Source: Deinococcaceae bacterium (GTDB lineage: Bacteria > Deinococcota > Deinococci > Deinococcales > Trueperaceae). Taken from it: DNA of 17,036 bases. The notes under the pieces are model-generated. The model saw only the letters and a list, made by a program, of their open reading frames with translations, did not search any database and was not told where the DNA came from. Positions 1 to 5,892 of the stretch are shown here, piece by piece. Each line of letters starts with the position of its first letter. Positions within the stretch are counted from its first letter, which is position 1. Position numbers and translations under genes: made by a program. The stretch is from NCBI GenBank assembly GCA_040256005.1, contig JBDZWC010000003.1:1-17036 (forward strand), in the 5' to 3' direction.

Positions 1-1284
1 GCTGCGGCCGACACTGGCGTGAACGGAGCGGTGGCCGGCCTCGCTATCGGACTCGGAGCGCTGGTACTGCTCGTCTCGATCGCCCTGCCACTGGTGCTAC
101 CCGAGTACCGGTTCCCGCCGCCCAGCGGTCCCCACGCCATCGGCACGGTCACGTACCACTGGGTAGACGACGGGCGAACCGAGCTGTTCACTACCGATCC
201 CGAGGACAGGCGGGAGCTGATGGTCCAGGTCTGGTACCCGGCCATCCCACGCGAAGACGCCCCGCGCGCTCCTTACATGCGGGACGCGGGGGCGTTGACC
301 ACCTGGGTCGCCTGGCTCCTGCATGTCAACCTGCCGGACTGGCTCTCGGGTCGCCTCACCTCGGTGACCACCAACGCGGTCGCCGGTGCCCCAGTGGCGA
401 CCGTCGAGCCGCGCTACCCGGTCGTCGTCTTCCTCGAGGGGCTCTCCGGCTTCAGGCAGATGAACACCTACCAGGTCGAGGAGCTCGTCTCGCACGGCTA
501 CGTCGTCGTGGCCCTGGACCAGCCCTACACCGCGGCCTCGCTGACCTTCCCGGACGGGCGGCGCGTCACGGGCATCAGTAAGGAAGAGATCTGGCCGGCC
601 ATCCTGCAGAGCATCCGTCGCAGCGACCCTGCACCGGTGCTGAGGGGCCGAACGCTCGAGGACGGGATCATCCCGTACCTAGCGCGCGACGCGTCGTTCG
701 CTCTGGACAGACTTGAGAACGTCAACCGCGCGGACCCTGAGGGCGTCCTCACCGGCGCGCTCGATCTTGGTCGGGTAGGTCTGATCGGCGTGTCCCTGGG
801 TGCGATCGTGGGCCCGGAAGCGTGCCACCTAGACGAGAGGCTGGGCGCGTGCATGTTCATGGAGGCGCCGGTGACCGCGGACGTCATCGCAGCAGGGTTG
901 GAGCAACCCACCTTCCTGCAGCTGGCTGACGACGAGTCACTGCGCCTGGCCGGTTGGTCGGAGGCGGACATCGACCTGCACCGCGAGACGATGCGCTCCC
1001 TGTACACGAACCTGGCCGGCGACGGCTACTTCCTATCCACGCACGGCACCTTCCACCTGAACCTCACCGACGCCCCGCTCCTCCTCCGTATCCCGTTGCG
1101 GGTGCTGGGCCTGCTGGGTCCCATCGACGTCGCTCGGGCGCACGGGATCATCAAGGCCTACACCGTGGCCTTCTTCGATAGGTACCTGAGGGGTTCTCCC
1201 GCGCCGCTCCTCGACGAGAGGCAGGCGTTCGCGGAGGCGGTCCTGGAGTCGCGCGCGGGGTCCCCTCAAGCTGCCCGGCGCTGA
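1..1284 (+). CDS. PAF-acetylhydrolase-like alpha/beta hydrolase with N-terminal membrane anchor (probably 5'-partial)
   Basis: Frame open from base 1 (first GTG at 19). Motifs PSGPHAIG, RELMVQVWYPA, EELVSHGYVVVALD, nucleophile GVSLG (Ser codon 793-795), His in GTFHLNLTD, C-terminal AFFDRYL. Confidence 0.85.
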   Translation, partial: AAADTGVNGAVAGLAIGLGALVLLVSIALPLVLPEYRFPPPSGPHAIGTVTYHWVDDGRTELFTTDPEDRRELMVQVWYPAIPREDAPRAPYMRDAGALTTWVAWLLHVNLPDWLSGRLTSVTTNAVAGAPVATVEPRYPVVVFLEGLSGFRQMNTYQVEELVSHGYVVVALDQPYTAASLTFPDGRRVTGISKEEIWPAILQSIRRSDPAPVLRGRTLEDGIIPYLARDASFALDRLENVNRADPEGVLTGALDLGRVGLIGVSLGAIVGPEACHLDERLGACMFMEAPVTADVIAAGLEQPTFLQLADDESLRLAGWSEADIDLHRETMRSLYTNLAGDGYFLSTHGTFHLNLTDAPLLLRIPLRVLGLLGPIDVARAHGIIKAYTVAFFDRYLRGSPAPLLDERQAFAEAVLESRAGSPQAARR

Positions 1285-2183
1285 GCCTCTCGACGCCGCG
1301 CCCTGGCTCCAGTGAGCTGAACCACGAGGGTGCCCGCCGTGGCCAGCAGCAGCCCGATGATCTGCCGTACACCTAGCCCTTCGCCGAGGAAGACCCACGC
1401 CAGGACGGCGATCTGGACCAGCATCGTGTTGTTGATGACGCTCGACTCCAGCGCGGACAACTTCCTCAGCGTGAGGTTCCAGAACGTGAAGGCGAAGGCC
1501 GTGTTCACGACGGCGAGCCATGCCACGATCGCCCACCCGCGCAGCGAGAGGACGGGCAACCCTTGCGTGCCCATGCCCACCCCCAGCAGGACGACGGAGC
1601 CCACCCCCATGCTGATCAGCGTCACGGTCGCGGCGGGAAGGGATGTCGACCTGTTGACGTGCCTGCCCAGCACCGCCGCTCCTGCGTTCGCCAGGAGACC
1701 GGCGACCGCGATGACCAGGCCCACGACCTGACCTGGCGGGAAGGAGGCGGGGTACAGGAAGGTGACCGCTCCGATCAGGAACAGGATCACCCCCAGGAAC
1801 TGGAGTGGCGCGGGGCGCTCACGCAGCGCCGCCATGCCGAGGAAGGCGACGGCGACGGGGGAGAAGCTGAGGACGAGGCTGGTCGTCTGGGCGGGCAGGC
1901 GGTCGAGGGCCAGGAACTGCGCTCCCTGCGTGAGCGTGTACATGACCAGGCCCAGCGTTACAAGCAGCAGCCATTCACCGCGGGAGAGCGTCCTCACCGC
2001 GCGTCTGACGTCTATGCGCAGCAGTAGCGGCAGCAGGACCAGGAACGCCAGGCCGTAGCGCAGCCCAGCGAAGGTAAGCGCCGGGATCTCCTCGAGGCCG
2101 ATCTTGATGAAGACCCAAGACGTCGACCACAGGAAGGTGACGAACAGGGCCTGCAGCATGGCACGGACATGGGACGAAGGCAT
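1266..2183 (-). CDS. EamA/DMT family transporter (two EamA repeats, about 10 TM)
   Basis: Hydrophobic protein with LWSTSWVFIKIGL, P-x2-FAGLRY and WVFLGE motifs. Start set at ATG 2183, just after AGGAGG. Overlaps the convergent hydrolase by 19 bp. Confidence 0.9.
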   Translation of the reverse strand: MPSSHVRAMLQALFVTFLWSTSWVFIKIGLEEIPALTFAGLRYGLAFLVLLPLLLRIDVRRAVRTLSRGEWLLLVTLGLVMYTLTQGAQFLALDRLPAQTTSLVLSFSPVAVAFLGMAALRERPAPLQFLGVILFLIGAVTFLYPASFPPGQVVGLVIAVAGLLANAGAAVLGRHVNRSTSLPAATVTLISMGVGSVVLLGVGMGTQGLPVLSLRGWAIVAWLAVVNTAFAFTFWNLTLRKLSALESSVINNTMLVQIAVLAWVFLGEGLGVRQIIGLLLATAGTLVVQLTGARARRREAQRRAA

Positions 2184-2201
2184 GCTCCTCCTAAGACGTG
2201 A

Positions 2202-2224
2202 CGGCACACCGCTGCGGCGTGCCG
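2202..2224 (-). promoter_or_regulatory. Hairpin in the riboswitch expression platform
   Basis: CGGCACGCCG-CAG-CGGUGUGCCG, 10 bp including one G-U, between aptamer and RBS. No U-tract follows. Confidence 0.55.
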
Positions 2225-2346
2225 ACCTGTCTCCTCGAGGCTTCTATCCCGTCAGATGCTGCCCGTTTCCGGGGTCACGCGGCGCTCGGTCCAGGCCCGC
2301 GTTCGTGCGGTAGTCGCGGCGGAACCCTAGCCACCATCATCGGTCG
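2223..2346 (-). ncRNA. ykkC-family riboswitch aptamer (guanidine-I-like fold, variant/subtype-2-like; ligand uncertain)
   Basis: Minus strand reads GGCUAGGGUUCCG-CCGCG..CGCGG-GCCUGGACCGAGCGCCGC, P2 CCCG-GAAA-CGGG, then CGGGAUAGAAGCCUCGAGGAG. All ykkC blocks are in order, in the 5' UTR of a transporter. Confidence 0.88.
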
Positions 2347-2353
2347 CGCCGCG

Positions 2354-2362
2354 AGTGTACCA
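2354..2362 (-). promoter_or_regulatory. Extended -10 promoter (TGgTACACT) for the riboswitch-EamA transcript
   Basis: TGnTAnnnT match; predicted TSS near 2347, at the 5' end of the aptamer. Confidence 0.65.
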
Positions 2363-2384
2363 GAGCGGCTGGCCAAACCGTTCG

Positions 2385-2993
2385 TCAGTCGGCGAGCCAC
2401 TCGATGACCTTGCCGCGGGACCAGCAGCGACCCACCGCCTCGATGCGCAGCTTCGAGCGGCTGAGTAAGGCGACGCCGATGATGCTATGGCCAGAGGCGC
2501 GCCGGTCCCCGAGCGTCGGCACGCCTGGAGCGACACCGACGCCCTCGATGGAGACCCATGCGACGGTCCTGCGCGCGGCTGCGTCCTGGAGCGAGTCGAG
2601 GAACCGCAGCCGGTCCTCGCGCTCGAGACGCGACAACGCCCAAGCGGTGATGACGACAGGGAGAGCCGCTTCGGGTACCTCTGCGAGGCTGCTGGGAAGG
2701 CGATCCACGGAGGCGGCGGTGAGCTTGGCGCCGATCGTCGGCAGGTCTCGGTCGGGCACCGTGCGGTCCCCGACCACCCGGCACGTCAGCTGGATCGCTG
2801 CTTCCATGTCCCCGCGTCGGGCGCCGTCGCTGTAGGTGACGCCCACGGAGCCGAGCTCCAGGTTCATGCCCGGCGTCTGCGTGAGGTCCACGAGGCCGAC
2901 GGACTTGGCGCCTGCCCTGAACGCGGCCTCCGCAACGGCCGCATGGAGGACCGCCAGATGGCTGGTCTGCTCGGGGTCTAGGGCTCTGCTCAT
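2385..2993 (-). CDS. DUF2332-like protein, shortened/degenerate
   Basis: VGLVDLTQTPGMNL resembles the LLEIGASAGLNL motif; PVVITAWALSRL and WVSIEG resemble the C-terminal part. GAGG RBS upstream. Only 202 aa. Confidence 0.55.
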   Translation of the reverse strand: MSRALDPEQTSHLAVLHAAVAEAAFRAGAKSVGLVDLTQTPGMNLELGSVGVTYSDGARRGDMEAAIQLTCRVVGDRTVPDRDLPTIGAKLTAASVDRLPSSLAEVPEAALPVVITAWALSRLEREDRLRFLDSLQDAAARRTVAWVSIEGVGVAPGVPTLGDRRASGHSIIGVALLSRSKLRIEAVGRCWSRGKVIEWLAD

Positions 2994-3016
2994 CGGCCTC
3001 GCTACTCGCGGCTACG

Positions 3017-3955
3017 TCAGCTGCGATCGTTGCCGGCCAGCCCACCGAACCTAGTCAGTAGGGCACCGATCGCTGCGCCGTGATCGACCGTCGGTCGCCA
3101 GCCAGTCGCTCGCAGAGCCGACCCGTCCACCTCGAAACTGAGGTGCGTCTGGGCGTCTTGGTCTGTGAAGCGCAGCTCGGCGCCGGGGTGTGACTTAACG
3201 ATGGACTCGGCGAGCTCCAGGATCGTGGGGTTGGCGCTCACGGCGTTGAAAGTAGCCTTGCCCAGCGGCTCGAGACCCGCCACGTGGACCAGCGCGCGGG
3301 CAGCGTCCTCGACGTGGATCAAGGGGCGCCTCTGCACTCCGCTTCCGTAGACCGTGACCGGCCTGCCGGTAGCGGCCTGGAACACCAAACGGTTCGTGAC
3401 GCCGTCGAGGCGCAACGCAGGCGCGTATCCGTAAGCCATGCCAAGACGCACGACCCGCACGTCGAGGCCACGCGCTGCCAAGCTGGCCAGTGCGTGCTCG
3501 GCGCCTGCCTTGCTCTCGGCGTATGGCCCCACCGGGCGCGGCGTGACGCTCTCGTCATGAGGGCCACCTGGTCCGTATACGACGGTCGAGCTGGCGAACA
3601 CGAACCGCTTCACCCCCTCGGCCAGCGCGGCCTCACCTACCCCTTGAGTGCCCCATTGGTTCACTTGCCGCATCCATGCAGGGTTCTCGAACGTCATGGG
3701 TGTGCGAACGATGCCGGCGAGATGGAAGACGGTGTCTACGCCAATCAACGCGCGGCCTAACATGGCGCGGTCCAGGACGTCTCCGTGCAGGAACCTGTAG
3801 GTCGCGCCTTCCGGCAGGTCCATGAGCGCCCGGTACGTGTCCCGGTGCAGGTTGTCGAGGATGCGGACCTCGCGCCCTGGGGCCAGCTCAGCCAGCGTGC
3901 GGATGAGCTGAGAGCCTACGTAGCCGCAGCCTCCGGTCACCAGGATCGCGCTCAT
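3017..3955 (-). CDS. NAD-dependent epimerase/dehydratase (extended SDR)
   Basis: TGGCGYVG Rossmann motif, VFHLAG, FASSTVVYG, catalytic YAESK, RPLIHVEDAA. Confidence 0.92.
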   Translation of the reverse strand: MSAILVTGGCGYVGSQLIRTLAELAPGREVRILDNLHRDTYRALMDLPEGATYRFLHGDVLDRAMLGRALIGVDTVFHLAGIVRTPMTFENPAWMRQVNQWGTQGVGEAALAEGVKRFVFASSTVVYGPGGPHDESVTPRPVGPYAESKAGAEHALASLAARGLDVRVVRLGMAYGYAPALRLDGVTNRLVFQAATGRPVTVYGSGVQRRPLIHVEDAARALVHVAGLEPLGKATFNAVSANPTILELAESIVKSHPGAELRFTDQDAQTHLSFEVDGSALRATGWRPTVDHGAAIGALLTRFGGLAGNDRS

Positions 3956-3968
3956 GGGCCGTCGTCCG

Positions 3969-4664
3969 TCAGGAAGGGTCCACGGTGGGCAGGTGCAGGC
4001 CGCACTCGGTCTTGTTCGAATCCGACCAGCGACCGGAGCGGGCGTCTTCGCCGGTCGTCACCGGCCGCGTGCACGGCGCGCATCCTATGGACAGGTAGCC
4101 GCGCTGCAACAGAGGATGGTCTGGAAGCGAGTGCCTGTGCATGTAGGCGGCCACGTCGCTGTCCGTCCAGTTGACGAGGGGGCAGACCTTGTAGCGGCCG
4201 TCCTCGAGGGAGACCGCCTGTACGCCGGCACGCTGCGCCGTCTGGTCCCTGCGGATGCCGGTGATCCAGGCGTTAGCGCCCGCGAGCGCCTTCTTGAGCG
4301 GCGCCACCTTGTTCAGGTAGCAGCAAGCGTCGGGGTCCGTGCGGTGCAGTTCGCCGTGCCGGGTCAGGAACCCGTCGTGACCCAACTCGTTGCGCAGGTC
4401 GCGGACCGTGAGCCCGAACCTGGTCGCCAGTTCGTGCCGGAACTCCAGCGTCTCGGGGAAGTGGAAGCCGGTGTCGAGGAAGAGGACCGGCACTTCGGGG
4501 GCGACGCGGGCGAGGACGTGCAGCAGCGGCACGCTCTGCGTCTGGAACGACGACGTCATCACCAACCCGGCGCCGAACGTCTGGTGCGCCCAGGCGACGA
4601 TCTCGGCAGGGCCGGCCTGCGAGAAACGCCGGTTCACCGCTTCCAGGTCGACTCCTATGCTCAC
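3969..4664 (-). CDS. cysH: Adenylylsulfate (APS)/PAPS reductase, 4Fe-4S type
   Basis: LDTGFHFPET, DACCYLNKV, WITGIRRDQ, GYLSIGCAPCT, RSGRW and ECGLH. The CC plus CxxC pair indicates the Fe-S APS reductase subtype. Confidence 0.93.
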   Translation of the reverse strand: MSIGVDLEAVNRRFSQAGPAEIVAWAHQTFGAGLVMTSSFQTQSVPLLHVLARVAPEVPVLFLDTGFHFPETLEFRHELATRFGLTVRDLRNELGHDGFLTRHGELHRTDPDACCYLNKVAPLKKALAGANAWITGIRRDQTAQRAGVQAVSLEDGRYKVCPLVNWTDSDVAAYMHRHSLPDHPLLQRGYLSIGCAPCTRPVTTGEDARSGRWSDSNKTECGLHLPTVDPS

Positions 4665-4843
4665 CCTCCAGCACCTCGGCCACGCCGCTCGGGCCGGAGC
4701 GGTACGGGACCGCTGTCGGCGGCGAGCCTCTGTGCGAGTGTGCGGACCATCGGGTCACCGTACCGTTTGCCGCCAGCGACTTCGCGAGAAGAAGGGCGCA
4801 TGGGTGCAACGCCGCGCTGGATCGTCATGCCCGTCTGTGGCAT
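4661..4843 (-). CDS. Possible 60-aa small ORF/leader peptide upstream of cysH
   Basis: Stop overlaps the cysH start (GTGA). TATATT -10-like box at 4854-4859. No recognisable domain. Confidence 0.3.
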   Translation of the reverse strand: MPQTGMTIQRGVAPMRPSSREVAGGKRYGDPMVRTLAQRLAADSGPVPLRPERRGRGAGG

Positions 4844-4933
4844 CGGAGCGAGTAATATACCTCGCCGGCCGGGCGCGACCATGTCAGCTATCCGGAGTTC
4901 ACGTAGCATCGCCCCTAGCGAGAGGAGTGCTTC

Positions 4934-5314
4934 GTGAAGATCACACGCTCGGCGCTGTCCCTGAACGTTCCCGACGTCGCGGCATCTGCTCGGTTCGCGA
5001 GGGATCACCTCGGCTTCGACGAAGAGATGGCGGACGACGGCTTCGTCTCCCTGACCAGGGACGATGCCGGATTCAACCTGATCTTCCTCCGGACCGGGCT
5101 GGGATCCTTCAAGCCCGCCAGCATCGCTGGCAGCGCGGGCACAGGACTTCTCGTGGTCTTCGTCGTCGATGACATCGACCAGCACTACGAGCGACTACGC
5201 GGCGAGGGCGTTCACATCGTCACGCCCATCGAGACGGAGCCTTGGGGCGAGCGGTACTTCCAGATGCAGGACCCCAACGGCCTCGTCTACCAGCTGGTGC
5301 AATGGGTGAGCTAG
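4934..5314 (+). CDS. VOC/glyoxalase/bleomycin-resistance family protein
   Basis: LNVPDVAAS..F...LGF, VFVVDDID, EPWGERYFQMQDPNG. GAGGAG RBS and TAGCAT -10-like box at 4904-4909. Confidence 0.92.
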   Translation: MKITRSALSLNVPDVAASARFARDHLGFDEEMADDGFVSLTRDDAGFNLIFLRTGLGSFKPASIAGSAGTGLLVVFVVDDIDQHYERLRGEGVHIVTPIETEPWGERYFQMQDPNGLVYQLVQWVS

Positions 5315-5847
5315 CCGGCGATGGCCAACCGACCATCCACACCATAGGTCACTCGACGCGGTCCCTCGACGAGTTCATCGGCATGTTGAAGGCCCATGGC
5401 GTGACGTCCTTGGTGGACGTACGTACGGTGCCCAAGTCGCGGCGCTACCCGCACTTCGCCGGCGCGGCCCTCGCGGAGTCCCTACCCGCTGCCGGGATCG
5501 CGTACGACTGGGTCAAGGAGCTGGGCGGCTTGAGGAAGCCCAGGGCCGACAGCCCCAACGGGGCATGGCGCAACGCGTCCTTTCGGGGCTATGCCGACCA
5601 CATGCAGACGGACGAGTTCGAAGCCGCCGTCCGGGGCCTGGTCGAGCGCGCCGAGTCGGACGCCGTCGCCATCATGTGCTCCGAGGCCGTGCCATGGCGC
5701 TGCCACCGGTCGCTGATCGGTGACGCCTTGCTCGCCAGGGGCGTGACGGTCCTCGACATCATGTCCGAGATGAAGGCCACCCCGCACAGGCTCACGCCGT
5801 TCGCGCGCGTCGAGGGCACCAAGGTCACCTACCCGCCGGAATCCTGA
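5302..5847 (+). CDS. DUF488 family protein
   Basis: TIGHSTRS, LVDVRTVPKSRR, LGGLRK, FRGYADHM, IMCSEAVPWRCHRSLI. Start set at ATG 5302, overlapping the end of the VOC gene. Confidence 0.9.
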   Translation: MGELAGDGQPTIHTIGHSTRSLDEFIGMLKAHGVTSLVDVRTVPKSRRYPHFAGAALAESLPAAGIAYDWVKELGGLRKPRADSPNGAWRNASFRGYADHMQTDEFEAAVRGLVERAESDAVAIMCSEAVPWRCHRSLIGDALLARGVTVLDIMSEMKATPHRLTPFARVEGTKVTYPPES

Positions 5848-5892
5848 CCTACTTACTTGTTGCCGGATCCGCGCCCTGCCCCCACCGCCCGC

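Noticed and set aside
3017..3955. SDR as UDP-sulfoquinovose synthase (sqdB) itself
   Set aside because: Shorter than typical SqdB and no SqdB-specific motifs recognised; kept as a generic extended SDR.
3969..4664. PAPS-reductase-fold gene as a DNA phosphorothioation or defence component (DndC/SspD), possibly with the ParB-like gene
   Set aside because: It has the canonical CysH length and ECGLH motif, no dnd/ssp neighbours, and the ParB-like gene is over 11 kb away in a different regulatory context.
4700..4830. GGCAAAC and AUCCAG as c-di-GMP-I or SAM-I riboswitch in the cysH leader
   Set aside because: The other conserved blocks of those classes are missing.
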